A stretch of DNA of 64,000 bases from an uncultured Planctomycetota bacterium (GCA_963845755.1 CAWJTV010000033.1:1-64000); one strand, 5' to 3'; numbered from the stretch's first letter, positions 1 through 12,082 are shown. A program made the numbers and translations. The notes: generated by a model not told the origin, from the sequence alone.

Positions 1-1196
1 CGTATCTGATAATTCCACTCGCCGTGAAAACTGTTACGGCGTATGAGGACTTCGGATAATTGCATACTGGATACGGTCTTTGCCTTCTGGTAGTGATTCT
101 CGTCGAGCCAAGCGTGAACTTCCAGGCCCTCCTTGGTTCGCGTGCAGCCGATCAGCTTGACGACGATCTCCAAGGTCTCCGGGGAACACCTCGCCAATTG
201 CGGGTGATGTGGCAAAAGAGCCGATGCTCGATCTTGTTCCACTTGCTCGTGCCCGGTGGATAGTGGCAAAGTTCCACTGCCAGGCCCGTTTCGTTGGCGA
301 ACTGTTGAACGGCCCACCTCCAGAGGCGCGTTCGCGGGCTGTTGCTGCCCCCACTGTCGGCCGTGATCAGCAACCGCGTCGCTCGCGGATATCTGGGTTG
401 CCCCAGGCGCTCCCACCAGCGACGAATCGCGGCGACCGCGAACTCGGCCGTATCGTGGCTGATCCCCACCGACACGCCGGCTTCGTTGTGGGCCAGGTCG
501 TAGACCCCGTACGGCACCGCCTTGCCGAGCTTCTTGTCCGGGAAGTCATGGGTCTTGACCTTCTTGGGGTCTCCCTTCCTCCGGTAACTGCGACCCGGAT
601 TCTTGAGATTTCCCAGGGGCTCTTTCTTCTTCGTATCCACCGATATGGTCGGCTGTCCCGCACGCTGGAAGGCGGTGACTCGCTTGCTGATGTGTCGGAA
701 TTGTGCATCACGATCCGGATGCTGCTTGCCTTCGATCGTCTTGCGGTTGGCTTGCAGGCTATAGCCGCACTCATGCAGGAGTCGGCCCACCGTGTTGGCG
801 CTGACCGCGAACCCGTCTCGCGCAGCTCATCCGCCAACGTCCGCGTGCTCTTACACGTCCATCGGAGTGGCGACATGGGGTCGCCTCGCCGCCGGCATCG
901 ACCAGCTTCTGCAGGGCTTCGACGAGCTTCGGCTGCTCGGACTCGCGGCATTTACGGCCGCCGCCAGACCGGCGTTGTTGGGTCGGCGGTGGCGAGTTGA
1001 GATCATCCAGTTCCCGAATCCCGGTTCGAATCGTGCGGTCCGACATCCCTGTAGCAGCAGCCACCGCTTCGATGCCGCCCCAACCGAGCGACCGCGCCTC
1101 CACTGCGGCCCATCGCCTTCGAGCGCGCTCATCCAAGTCCCCGACAATCGCGGAATACTTCTCACGAATCCATTCGACGACTTGTGTGTTCGGCAT
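1..1196 (-). CDS. ISAzo13-family (Rhodopirellula-type) DDE transposase, split over several frames, 3' end outside window
   Basis: Consecutive ORF fragments give LDERARRRWAAVEA, GDPMSPLRWTCKSTR, GYSLQANRKTIEGKQHPDRDAQF, ISVDTKKKE, LLITADSGGSN and CHYPPGTSKWNKIEHRLF. Confidence 0.9.
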
Positions 1197-1269
1197 CCTC
1201 GGAAATATCATCCAACCTGCCGTCGTCCGTCAATACCAATTTCGGTAACTTATTGTTGAGCGCGGCCCT
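1..1269 (-). mobile_element. ISAzo13-family insertion sequence, partial (runs off the left edge)
   Basis: Contains an ISAzo13-type transposase. Candidate terminal repeat CGGTAACTTATTGTTGAGCGCGGCCCT at 1243-1269 is followed by TAG. The other end lies outside the window. Confidence 0.8.
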
Positions 1270-1346
1270 TAGCCTAACATCGGCGACAATTGTAGGCGAG
1301 AGGGCTCGACCAGCTCCCTCGGCCGGGACGGTTGCTCGCCTCGGCT

Positions 1347-3123
1347 TCAATCGCCGATGGCGATCGCGTTATAGACCCTGGGTTTGTCGACGAATTTGTT
1401 GGCGATCGGGGTGCCGTGATCGGGCATCCGTCCCAGGCATCGCTCGAATGTCCGGACGGTCAATTCCAGGAGCACGATCGCCACGACCGCGACCAGGAGG
1501 TCCCAGAGCATCACGCCCCACATGTAGCTCCGGACATGTGAAGTTCGAAAAGCGAGGGCGTTGACAAACTCCACCGTCACCATGAAGGGACTCAGGGCTG
1601 CGGCGGGTGCGTGGGGCGCCATTCGTGTGTCGGTCGCGTTGAAGAGGAAGAAGGGCCAGCCGACGGAGACGAGCAGGAACAAGGTCACACTGGTGGCAAT
1701 CGCTCGCGCCTGCCGCCGAATCCAGGTGGCCGCCAGCAGACCGGCGCTCGCGATGGCCGCTCCGTGGATGAGGATGGTGGCGACGAACAGGCCGACGCCG
1801 TAGAGTCGCTCGAAGATCAACACTTCATCCGCCGGAAACCCCGGGCCTGGACGTTGACCCGTCGCAATCGCCAGGAGTACGAGCCCGGGACCGAGTCGCC
1901 AGCCAGGGGACCCGTCGAAAGGCTCCCATCCATTTGCCCATCACGATCGTCCGCGCCGAGAGCGGAGTCGCCATGAGGACATCCAGGCTGCCCCGGTGTC
2001 GCTCCTCGGCGAGCACCATCGGCGCCACGGCGGAGAACAACAGCAAACCGAAGACGACCTGAAATAAGTCGGACCAGAGCCCCGCGTAAACGCTGGTGCT
2101 TCCCCCGCCGGGTATGACGCCTTCGCGCCATAAGGTTATTGCCCCCACAAGACAGCCCACCGTGGTGGTGCCGATGGTCAGGCCCAGCAGGATGATCATC
2201 CAGAGCGAGGGCCGCGAGCGATGCCATTCGCGCCACAGGACCGGATTGCGATCCAGCGAGGGGCCGGCAGCATGCGGCCCAGTCTTCCCAGGAGTCCGAG
2301 CCGGGGCGTCTTCTGGCTACGACTCTCTCGCCCGAATCGTGACAGGCCGCATCCGCCAGACGGCCAGGAGAGGCCAGGATGACCGAGCCAGCGATAGTCG
2401 CAAGAAAGAATCCCGCGTAGTCCCACCAGTCGGTCGAGTTCGGCGCGATGTAGGGTGTGTAGGCCAGGTAAAAGGGGTTGGCCACCAGGAGCCACGACGG
2501 AGGTCCCCGAGATCGCCCTGGACCTGGCGATTCCCAGCCAGGTCGGATAAGCAAACAGGATGATGGCCCAGATCGTATACACAGCCATGACGACTTCGTA
2601 CGGCTTTCTGGCCCAGACGGAGAGCGCCAGCGCCATCGTGCAACCGAACACCCCCACGGCCACGATGATCGCGAATGCCAGGGCAAGCGCGAGCGGGTCG
2701 ATCCCGCCCAGCAGCGAGCTGATCGCCATCACCGGCCACGAGCAGGCGACCAGGCCCAGGACCGGCAGCAGCCGCGCGGCCAGCTTGCCCAGGACGATCT
2801 CCGGCGTCCGAGAGGTCGGTCGCCAGGATGTGATCGAGCGTGCCGCGCGCACGATCCACGCAGATCGCTCCCGCCGTCGCCGCCGGAGCGGCCAGCATGA
2901 CGATCGCCAGCTCGACACCGATCAAGCCGTAGAAATAGAACTCGCCGAGGCCGGCATACGCCCGGGCTGTATTCCCCGCGAGGTCCGACGGCACGTTCCA
3001 TGCGATCACGGCCATGACGGTCAGGAGGGCAGCCACCATGAACGACCGTCCGGCATAAACCTGCCACCGCCGCGCGCCGGCCACCCGCTCGTAGGCGAAG
3101 ACCGGCCCTGTGCCGAAGCGCAT
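1347..3123 (-). CDS. ABC-2 type transporter permease (planctomycete two-domain type), multiple frameshifts
   Basis: Start MRFGTGPVFAYE. Two copies of the permease motif occur (DRARGTLDHILATDLS..EIVLGKL and EERHRGSLDVLMATPLSARTIVMGKW). Hydrophobic helices are spread over several ORF fragments. Confidence 0.75.
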
Positions 3124-3402
3124 GCCTTCCCTCCTGTCCGGTTGCGTCCCGGCCCGGGGCCTCTCGCCCCGTCGGCCGACAATTCTCCAATAAAATAATT
3201 CGATGCACCGGGAGAAGTATTAACGCGCGATCGTCAACTCCTCGTCAGTCGGTCTCGACCCGCTCGGGAACCGTTGTGTACAATCACGCATATCGCGCGG
3301 TCTCATCCCGCTACGAACGACCCGGCGTGTCCTGCCACGATCGACCCGCCTTCGTGAACCCTCCGGCTTGCGAATCCCTCCGACTGTGTTTGGGAGTTCC
3401 CG

Positions 3403-4632
3403 GTGAGAGTCTTGATCCTTCGCATGTTTGGGCTGCTGATCCTGTGTGCGCCGCTCGGGGCGCGCGGTGACGAGCCGGCAAGCCTTCAATTCCAGGACGG
3501 CGACCGGATCGTCCTGGTCGGCGATACGTTGATCGAGCGCGACCAGCGCCATGGATACCTCGAGACGATCCTGACGGTCTCGAATACGGACAAGAACCTG
3601 ACATTCCGCAATCTCGGCTGGAGCGGCGACACGATCGCCGGGTTATCTCGGGCGGGGTTCGACCCACCGTCGGCGGGATACAAGCAACTGGTCGAGCAGA
3701 TCCTGGCCACGAAGCCGACCGTGTTGATCGTGGGCTACGGCATGGCCGACTCGTTCGACGGCGAGGCCGGCCGCCCGCGATTCGTCGAGGGGCTCAATCG
3801 GCTGCTCGACGCCGTCGCCGGGACCAACGCCCGCCTCGTGCTGCTCTCGCCGATCGCCCATGCGAATCTCGGTTCGCCCTGGCCCGACCCGGCTCCTCAC
3901 AACATCGATCTCGAACGCTTCACCCGCTCGATCGAGGAGGTCGCTCGAAATCGCGACGCCCTCTTCATCGATCTCTTCAAGCTGACCCGTGAACGATATG
4001 GTGTGGCGAGCATCAGTGACAACGGCATCCACCTGAACGAGATCGGCTACCGATTCCTCGCGGCCCAGATCGCCCTGGGACTGGATCCGCATTCCGCGCG
4101 GCAGGCGCCCCAGGTCGACCTCATCGCCGATGGCCGGGTCCGGAGCCGCGGCGTTCAGGTGGATCTCGTCGAGCCTTCGGAAACGGGAGTCCGCTTCCGA
4201 GTGACTCGCCAGGCGCTGCCGATCGTCGGCGATCCGACAACGGACCGGCTGCTCCCGACCCAGCTCTCGATCAAGGTGAGGGCGCTTCCGGCGGGCGAGT
4301 ACGAGCTGAAAGTGGATGGGCATCGCATCGAAGTTAAGCCGGTTGCCGAGTGGATCAAGGGAGTGCCGATCGCTACCGGCCCGGACTTCGAGCAATCCCG
4401 AGAACTGCGCCGCGTGATCAATCGGAAGAATACCCTGTTCTTCGACCGCTGGCGACCGCAGAACATCACCTATCTGTTCGGCTTCCGGAAGCATGAGCAG
4501 GGGAACAATGCCGTCGAGATCCCGCGGTTCGACCCGCTGGTGGCCGAGAAAGAGCAGGAGATCGCCCGGCTCCGCAAGCCGCTTCCTCATCGGTATGAGC
4601 TGGTCCGCGTTGATAGTGAGGTGACCCCTTGA
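3403..4632 (+). CDS. SGNH/GDSL-family hydrolase with signal peptide
   Basis: Motifs LVGDTL, RNLGWSGDT, VGYGMAD and DNGIHLN; hydrophobic N-terminal leader. Confidence 0.8.
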   Translation: MRVLILRMFGLLILCAPLGARGDEPASLQFQDGDRIVLVGDTLIERDQRHGYLETILTVSNTDKNLTFRNLGWSGDTIAGLSRAGFDPPSAGYKQLVEQILATKPTVLIVGYGMADSFDGEAGRPRFVEGLNRLLDAVAGTNARLVLLSPIAHANLGSPWPDPAPHNIDLERFTRSIEEVARNRDALFIDLFKLTRERYGVASISDNGIHLNEIGYRFLAAQIALGLDPHSARQAPQVDLIADGRVRSRGVQVDLVEPSETGVRFRVTRQALPIVGDPTTDRLLPTQLSIKVRALPAGEYELKVDGHRIEVKPVAEWIKGVPIATGPDFEQSRELRRVINRKNTLFFDRWRPQNITYLFGFRKHEQGNNAVEIPRFDPLVAEKEQEIARLRKPLPHRYELVRVDSEVTP

Positions 4633-7600
4633 GCCGTTCGACTGGTTGGCTGCGTCGGTTTGTTGGATTCGGCGTCATGGCCCTCGTGATGTCCTCTCCG
4701 GGACAGGTCTCGGCCCAGCGGGCTCCGTTCAAGATCCCGGACCCCGACCCGGAGATCGAGCGCAAGTCGTTCATCGTGGCGGACGGCTTCGAGGTCAACC
4801 TGTTCGCGGCCGACCCGATCATCGCCAAGCCGCTCCAGATGAACTTCGACCCGGCGGGCCGGCTCTGGATCGCCAGCTCCGAGGTCTATCCCCAGATCAC
4901 GCCGGGGCAGGTGGCCAACGACAAGGTGCTGATCCTCGAGGATCGCGACGGCGACGGCAAGGCCGAGAAGACGACGGTCTTCGCCGACGGGCTGTTGATC
5001 CCGACCGGCATCGAGCCCGGCGATGGCGGAGCCTATGTCGCCAATAGCACGGAGCTCCTCCATCTGAAGGACACCAACGGCGACGGCAAGGCCGATCAGA
5101 CGCGCGTCGTCCTTTCGGGATTCGGTACCGAGGATACCCACCACATCCTCCACACGTTGCGGTGGGGTTACGACGGGATGCTCTACTTCAACCAGTCGGT
5201 CTACATCCATAGCCATATCGAGACGCCTTACGGCGTGCGCCGGCTCGGAGGCGGCGGAATCTGGCAGCTCCGTCCTGACTCGATGCACCTCGAGGTCTTT
5301 ATCCGGGGCTTGATCAATCCCTGGGGGCATCACTTCGACCGCTGGGGCCAGTCGTTCGCCACCGATGGGGCAGGGAGCGAGGGGATCAATTATTGCATCG
5401 CCGGCGCCTCGTATATGTGGGCAGTCGGCGCCGACCGCGTCCTGAAGGGGCTCAATCCGGGGAGCCCGAAGTATTGCGGGCTGGAGGTCGTCAGCGGCCG
5501 GCACATGCCGGAATCCTGGCAGGGCAACCTGCTGACCAACGACTTCCGCGCCAATCGCGTGTGCCGATTCGTGCTCAGCGACGACGGCGCGGGTTACGCG
5601 GCCCGGGAGCAGTCCGAGTTGATCAAGACGAAGCACATGGCGTTCCGTCCGATCGACATCAAGATAGGGCCGGATGGGGCGATCTACATTGCCGACTGGT
5701 ACAACCCGATCATCCAGCACGGCGAGGTCGACTTCCGCGACTCGCGCCGCGACCACACCCGCGGGCGGATCTGGCGGGTCACCGCCAAGGGCCGGCCGCT
5801 GGTGCCCCGGCCCAAGCTGGTCCGTGCGAACGCCCAGGACTTACTCGATGCGCTCAAGGCTCCCGAGCAATACACCCGGCAGCAGGCGCGGCGCGCGTTG
5901 AAGGAGCAGGGTATCGGGATTCTCGCCGAGTTGGATGACTGGACCAAGAAGCTCGACCGCCGAGATCCCGAGTACGAGCACCACCGCCTCGAGGCCCTCT
6001 GGACCTGGCAGGCGCTCGATCTCTCGAAGGAGTTCTCCGAGCCCGGGATCGACCTGCTTCGGGCGGTCCTGCGATCGCCGGATGCGCGGGTTCGCGCCGC
6101 GGCCGTGCGGGTCGTGCCGCAATGGAAAGACCGGCTGTCCGATCCCGTGGCCCTCTTGAGCCCGCACGTCGCCGACGAGAACCCGCACGTCCGGCTCGAG
6201 GCCGTCCGCGCCCTGGGCCAGTTCCCGAGCCTGCGCACGTCGCAAATGGCGATGTCTGCCCTCGGCCGGCCGATCGATCCGTTCCTGGAATATGGCCTGT
6301 GGTTGACGGCCCGAGAGCTCGCCCCCGTATGGCTACCGGCGGTCCAGGCGGGCCGGTTCGATTTCGGCGACCGGCCGGAACGGCTCGTCTTCGCCCTGAA
6401 GGCGGTCGACTCGCCGGAGACCGTCAAGCCGCTGCTGGCGCTGCTGGGGGCGGGTCAGGTCCCCAGCCATCAGGATGAGGACGTCCAGACTCGGATCGCA
6501 TCACTTGGAGAGGCGACCGACCTTGCCGTCGTGCTCGACACGGTGTTGAACGACCCGACGCTCCCCGACTCGCGACGGGTCAAGCTGCTGGATACGCTGA
6601 CGCGGGCCGCCCGGCGCCGCAAGGTCGTGCCGGCGGGCGACCTGTCCCGGGTCGTGCCGTTGCTGGCCAGCCGAGACGACGCGATGCGCGCCGCGGCGCT
6701 CCGCGCGGTCGGGGCCTGGAATGTCCCGGCACTTCAGGAGCGACTGGCGAAACTCGCGGCCGCGACCGATACATCGCCGACGGTCCGGGCCGCGGCCATC
6801 GAAGCAATGGCTCGCGTCGGCAAGGCCGAGGGCCGTCGGGCGATCGAGTCCCTGGCCGAGCGCGGCCCGTCCGCCGATGTCCAGGCGATGGCGATGGCGG
6901 CCCTTGTGGATCTCGACCCGAAAGCCGCCGCGCCGCGCGTCGCGGGATGGCTCGGCCGGCTCACGCCCGATCGGGCCGGCGCCGCGGCGCTTCGTGCTGG
7001 CGCGCGTCCTGGAGCGTCGCGAGTGCCCCGCGCTGCTCGCTTCGGCCCTGGCGAACGGGAACGCGACCCTGTCCACCGACCTCGCCAAGCTGTGCATCCG
7101 CCAGGTGCGCGCCTCGGGCCGGGAGCGGGATGTGCCCGCCCTCATCGCCGCGCTGGGAAAGGCCGGGCGGCTCGACTCCGGAACGCGGGCCCTGACCGGG
7201 CCGGAGATGACCCGGCTGCTCGCCGACGTGGCAAGTGCCGGCGACCCGGTGCGCGGTGAGGCGATCTTTCGCCGCAAGGATCTGAACTGCCTGAAATGCC
7301 ACGCCATCGCGGGTGCCGGCGGACAGGTCGGACCCAGCCTGGAGAGCATCGGCGCCAGCGCCCACGCCGATTACTTGCTCGCCTCGCTCCTCGAGCCCAA
7401 CAAACAGGTCAAGGAGAACTACCATGCGATGGCCGTCGTGACCGACGAGGGCAAGGTCTTCACCGGGATCAAGCTCCGCCAGACCGACACCGACCTGGTC
7501 CTGCGCAACTCCGAGGACCGCGAACAGTCGATCCCGCTATCGTCGATCGAGGAGCAAGGGGTGTTGCCCGTCTCGATCATGCCCACCGGCCTGGTCGACG

Positions 7601-8141
7601 GCCTGACTCGCGCCGAGCTGGTCGATCTCGTCCGGTTCCTCTCGGAGCTCGGCAAGATCGGGCGATTCGCCGTCGGCACCGAGCGCGTCTGCCGGCGGTG
7701 GCAGGTTCTTGACGCCGTCGCCGAGGGCCGGGAGGCCCTGGCGCACGGCGGACCCGAGACCGTGCTGCCACTGGAGGATCCGCTCATGTGGCGACCGGCC
7801 TACACCACCGTCGCCGGGCTGCTGCCGCTCTCGGAATGGACCGAGTCCGGCCGATCGCCGGAGCCCGCGTCCCTCGCCCTGGCGCGGACGCAGCTCCAGG
7901 TCACGACCGCCGGCAAGGTGCAGGTCTCATTCAAGACGACCGAGGGGTTGCGCTTCTGGATCGATGGCCGGCGCGTCGAGCCGGCGCGCGGCTCGCCCAC
8001 GGCGCTACTCCTGGACCTGACGCCCGGCCTGCACACCCTGGGTGTCGCCGTGGACCTGGCCCATCGTCGCGAGGGAATCCGTTGTATACTTGAAGACGTC
8101 CCGGGCTCGCCGGCCCGGCGCAGGTCGTCCTCGGGAAGTGA
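4629..8141 (+). CDS. PVC-type membrane-bound dehydrogenase / heme-binding CxxCH protein with HEAT repeats (frameshifts ~6985 and ~8118)
   Basis: Beta-propeller motifs FEVNLFAADP, FGTEDTHH and GPDGAIYIADWYN; HEAT-like repeats; CLKCH heme-c motif in the second fragment. The corrected C-terminus AQVVLGK ends at TGA 8139-8141. Confidence 0.85.
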
Positions 8142-8147
8142 TTCGCG

Positions 8148-8362
8148 ATGATCGCAGATCAGAGGGAAACGCTGGAGACCGACGACGGCGGTCGAAGCCG
8201 GGTGACCGGCTCCGATCGGCCGACCGTCCGCGATGATTCCCTGCATCCCAACCGCCCCGCGTGCCCCGCCTGCGGAGGTCCGCTCGTCGAGCGGCGCGGG
8301 AAGCTGGTCTCGCGCGATGCCGGACGATCTGCGAGACGTGTTGTGAGGGAGGACGGGGTTGA
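8148..8362 (+). CDS. Small Cys-rich (zinc-finger-like) protein hidden by a 1-nt deletion
   Basis: Restoring one base near 8310 gives CPACGGPLVERRGKLVCARCRTICETCCEGGRG, ending at TGA 8360-8362, one base before the gspE ATG. Confidence 0.7.
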
Positions 8363-8363
8363 C

Positions 8364-9577
8364 ATGCCCGAGGGTCCGCTCCGAGACGCCCTGGCCCAGC
8401 TCGACCCGACCAGCCCTCGCTATGCGACCGATGTCGTCGAGCGCGTCCTGACCGAGGCGCAAAAGGCGGGGGCCAGCGACGTCCACCTCCAGCCCGGCGG
8501 CGCGGGCCTGGAGCTGCGCTGGCGCATCGACGGCGTCTTGCATCCCATCGGCATGCTGCCGGTGAAGGTGGCGCCCAACATCGTCGCGCGGCTCAAGGTC
8601 CTGGCAGAACTCTTGACCTATCGGACCGACGTACCGCAAGAGGGTCGGATCCGCGGCGTGCCGGGCGAGGCCGAGATGCGGCTCAGCACGTTCCCGACGA
8701 TCTTCGGCGAGAAGGCCGTCGTCCGGATGTTCGCGGCGCCCGGGCGGTTCCTCCGCCTCGACGACCTCGGGTTGCCCGGCGAGGTCCGGGATGGACTCTC
8801 GCACGTCCTGGAGGAAACCTCGGGGGCCGTGATCCTCAGCGGTCCGGCGGGTAGCGGCAAGACGACCACGATCTACGCCTGTCTGCGGGAGCTCGCGGCC
8901 CGTCGGCCCGGTGAGCGCAGCCTGGCGACCCTCGAGGACCCCGTCGAGGCGGTGGTCGCCGGCGTCTCGCAGGCTCAGGTCAACCTGGCGGCCGGGCTCA
9001 CCCTCGAATCGGGCCTGAAGTCGCTGTTGCGACAGGATCCCGAAGTTATCGCCATCGGCGAGATTCGCGATAAGGAGACCGCCGAGGTCGCCCTTCAGGC
9101 GGCCCTGACCGGCCATCTGATCCTGACCACGTTCCATGCCGGCAGCGCCTGCGAGGTCATCGGACGATTCCTCGACATGGGCATCGAGCCCTACGTGTTG
9201 CGCAGCGGCCTGCGTGCCATCGTCGCCCAGCGCCTGGTTCGTCAACTCTGCGCCCTGCCGAGCCGTCGGACCGCCCCGAAGATCGCCTCGGCCTGCCCGT
9301 CCGCCAGGCCAAGGTCCCCCGGGGCTGCGATGCCTGCCGCCAGACCGGCTACCTCGGGCGTCTCGTCCTGGCGGAAATGCTCCTGCCCGAGGCCGACGAG
9401 TTCGGCCGCGCCCTCCTCGCCCGCGCCGATGTCCGCCACCTCGAGCGGATCGCCGTGGATGCCGGGATGGTCCACCGCTGGGCGCGCGCGTGCGCGGCCG
9501 TCGAGGCCGGTCTCACCGCCCCGGCGGAGGTCCGACGCATCCTCGGGGTGGGCCAGCCATTCGGCAGTAGGCGGTAG
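8364..9577 (+). CDS. gspE: GspE/PulE/PilB-family secretion ATPase (frameshifted ~9250-9290)
   Basis: ASDVHLQP, Walker A GPAGSGKTTT, TLEDPVE, LRQDPEVIAIGEIRD and ALTGHLILTTFHA. The C-terminus is in ORF 9377-9577. Confidence 0.9.
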
Positions 9578-9709
9578 GTGGTAGGCAGTAAGCCGTCATT
9601 AATCACCCATTTCCCCAACGTAGGGCCGAACAATTCACTGCCTACTACTAACTGTTCTCAAGGGTCCCGAACCATTCACTGCCTACTACCTACCGCCTAC
9701 TGCCTACCG
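9563..9709. repeat. Inverted pair of 7-mer tandem arrays (GGCAGTA x4 / TACTGCC x4)
   Basis: GGCAGTA GGCGGTA GGTGGTA GGCAGTA at 9563-9590 is mirrored by CACTGCC TACTACC TACCGCC TACTGCC at 9677-9704. Confidence 0.85.
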
Positions 9710-9798
9710 TTCCCAAGAGTCCCCTTGACAGCCTCGGACAAATGTGCTGTGATAGGGCTGCCACAAGTGTCAGAGATGCCAGAGGGGACAGTTGCGTG

Positions 9799-10878
9799 AT
9801 GTCGTCCGGAGAGCCGAACGCGAGGCCGACAGGTCCGATCACGATCGATCAGTTGCTGGCGCTCAACGAGGAGATTGCCGCACTGGTCCGCGCGGGGGTG
9901 CCGCTGGATCGCGGGCTGCTGGAGGCCGGCCGGGACGTCCGGGGCCAGCTCGGACGGATTGCCGGCGCGCTGGGTCGCCGGCTCGGTCAGGGGGAGAGCC
10001 TGATCGACGCCCTGGGCGCCGAGCGAAAGGCGATCCCCCCGCTGTATCGTGCGGTCGTGGAGGCGGGGACGCGGGCCGGGCGGCTGCCGGTCGCGTTGGA
10101 AGGCATGGCGCGATATGTTCGGGGGTATTCCGAAGCGCGCAGCGCCATCGGCCTGGCGCTGTGGTATCCCGTCATGGTCCTTAGCCTGGCCTACGGATTG
10201 TTCGTGGGTCTGGTGTACTTCGTCGTGCCTCGGCTGGTCTCGGCCTTCGACTCGCTGGGCCTGATCGTGATCGCGCCGCTGCGCTGGCTCGAGTGGATCG
10301 GGAGTTCGGTGCGCTACTGGTGGCCGGTCGGGCCGATCGCGATCATCATGCTCCTGGTGGTCTGGGTGAACTCGGGAACCACGGGGGCGCTCCAGGTCCG
10401 GCTCTGGGGTGTGCTTCGGCTCTTCCCCTGGATGAAGGCGCTGATGGCCGACTACGAGGCGGCGAACTTCGCCGAGCTGATGGCCCTACTGCTGGAACAC
10501 CGGGTGCCGTATCACTCGGCCCTGGTCCTGTCCGCCGAGTCCAGCGGCGATCCGCGGCTGGTCCGGGGAGCCCGCGCGGTCGCCGACTCGCTCAAGCGTG
10601 GGGACAGCTCGGCGACCGCCATGGAGACCGTCGGCCGCGACGCGTTCCTCCCCATGCTGCGCTGGGTCCTGGCGACTGGGCAGGCCCAGGGGTCCCTGGT
10701 CGGGGCCCTGAACAACCTGGCGGGGCTCTACCGCAAGCGGGCCAGGTTCCAGGCCGAGAAGCTGTCCGTGTTCCTGCCCCTGATCCTGCTGATCGTCATC
10801 GGAGCGAGCGCGACGCTGTTCTACGGGCTCGCGCTGTTCGTCCCGCTGACCACGATGTTGCAGGAGTTGGCGGTTTAA
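9799..10878 (+). CDS. Type II secretion system F-family (GspF/PilC) protein 1
   Basis: LVRAGVPLDRGL, YRAVVEAGTRAGRL and ALWYP; duplicated T2SSF domain with TM helices. Confidence 0.85.
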   Translation: MSSGEPNARPTGPITIDQLLALNEEIAALVRAGVPLDRGLLEAGRDVRGQLGRIAGALGRRLGQGESLIDALGAERKAIPPLYRAVVEAGTRAGRLPVALEGMARYVRGYSEARSAIGLALWYPVMVLSLAYGLFVGLVYFVVPRLVSAFDSLGLIVIAPLRWLEWIGSSVRYWWPVGPIAIIMLLVVWVNSGTTGALQVRLWGVLRLFPWMKALMADYEAANFAELMALLLEHRVPYHSALVLSAESSGDPRLVRGARAVADSLKRGDSSATAMETVGRDAFLPMLRWVLATGQAQGSLVGALNNLAGLYRKRARFQAEKLSVFLPLILLIVIGASATLFYGLALFVPLTTMLQELAV

Positions 10879-10925
10879 CGATCGCGACCGAGGGATGCAC
10901 GAGCGTCGAGTCGGGGGAGGCGGGT

Positions 10926-11993
10926 ATGTCGGACGGGCTGAGAGCACAGGGAGACGGCGAGCGGCTGAATGGCCAGGAGGCGGGCGAGTTGTCCGGTCAG
11001 ATTGCCGGGTTGGCCGCCGCGGGGCTGCCGATGGCCCCCAGCCTGGCGGCCCTGGCCGAAGAGCTGCCACGGGGCCGGTTCCGCCGGGCGATGAAGGAGC
11101 TCTCCGAGCGGCTCGCGGCGGGCGTACCGCTCGACGAGGCGATCGAGGACCAGAAGGGGCGGATCCCGCCCCATCTGAGCGGCCTGGTGATCGCCGGCGC
11201 GGGGGCAGCGGCTTGGCGACGTCCTGGGCCAGTTCTCCGGATACGTCGAGATCGGCACCGAGCTGCGGCGGCGGTTGTGGCTCACCCTGGCGTATCCGCT
11301 CCTGAGCATGGTGATCGCCATCGCGATCTTCACCTTCGTCAGCATCGTTGTGGTCCCGCAGTTCGCCACGATCTTCCAGAACTACGGCGTACCGCTCCCG
11401 CGTGCGACGCTGGCGATCCTGGACATCGCGAAGTTGATGAGTTCACTCGGCCCGCTCCTGGGGTTCCTCGCCGCGGCACTCATCGGCTTCCGCCTGGTCT
11501 CGCCCCTGTTCTTGCGCCCGGGAACTCTGCCGCGCTGGCGGCGCGGCTGCCGATCCTCGGGGGCGTCTGGCGGTGGACCTCGCTGGCGGAGTTTTGTCAT
11601 TTGCTGAGTCTCCTGCTGGAGAATCGCCTCCCGATGCCCGAGGCCCTGCGCCTCACGGGAGAAGGTGTCCAGGATGCCGACGTCGAGAGCACCTGCTTGC
11701 GGATGGCCGACGCGGTCGCCTCGGGGCAAGACCTGGCCCGGGCGATGGCCGAGCGCCGGCTGTTCCCGGCGGGACTGCCCCGGCTCCTCCGGTGGGGGGA
11801 AAGGCAGGGGAGCCTGACCGATGTCCTGCACATGGCCGGCGAGATGTTCGAAGCGCGGGCGTCCGCACATGCCACGTTCGCCGGGACGGTCCTGGCCGTC
11901 CTCGCCGTCATGCTGATCCTGTGGGGCCTGTTCACGATCGTCGGAGGGCTGATCCTTCCGCTGGTCACCTTGATCTCCAAGTTGTCCGGGTAA
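10926..11993 (+). CDS. Type II secretion system F-family protein 2 (frameshifts ~11200 and ~11530)
   Basis: LAAAGLPMAPSL, LWLTLAYP, VPQFATIFQNYGVPLP, LSLLLENRLPMPEAL and WGERQGSL across three fragments. Confidence 0.8.
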   Translation: MSDGLRAQGDGERLNGQEAGELSGQIAGLAAAGLPMAPSLAALAEELPRGRFRRAMKELSERLAAGVPLDEAIEDQKGRIPPHLSGLVIAGAGAAAWRRPGPVLRIRRDRHRAAAAVVAHPGVSAPEHGDRHRDLHLRQHRCGPAVRHDLPELRRTAPACDAGDPGHREVDEFTRPAPGVPRRGTHRLPPGLAPVLAPGNSAALAARLPILGGVWRWTSLAEFCHLLSLLLENRLPMPEALRLTGEGVQDADVESTCLRMADAVASGQDLARAMAERRLFPAGLPRLLRWGERQGSLTDVLHMAGEMFEARASAHATFAGTVLAVLAVMLILWGLFTIVGGLILPLVTLISKLSG

Positions 11994-12005
11994 CACGATC
12001 ACTCC

Positions 12006-12066
12006 GTAGATCGGGCTCTCCGGCCCGACCGTCGCAACCCGCGTCGGGCCGGAAAGCCCGACCGTC
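12006..12066. repeat. GTAG-type REP-like palindrome
   Basis: GTAGATCGGGCTCTCCGGCCCGAC...GTCGGGCCGGAAAGCCCGACC; related to copies at 26529 and 44616. Confidence 0.65.
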
Positions 12067-12082
12067 GAGGTGGGAGAATTCC

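Noticed and set aside
8148..9584. 478-aa ORF as a zinc-finger-GspE fusion
   Set aside because: It is better explained as a separate mini-gene plus GspE joined by a 1-nt deletion. Its C-terminus is also out of frame.
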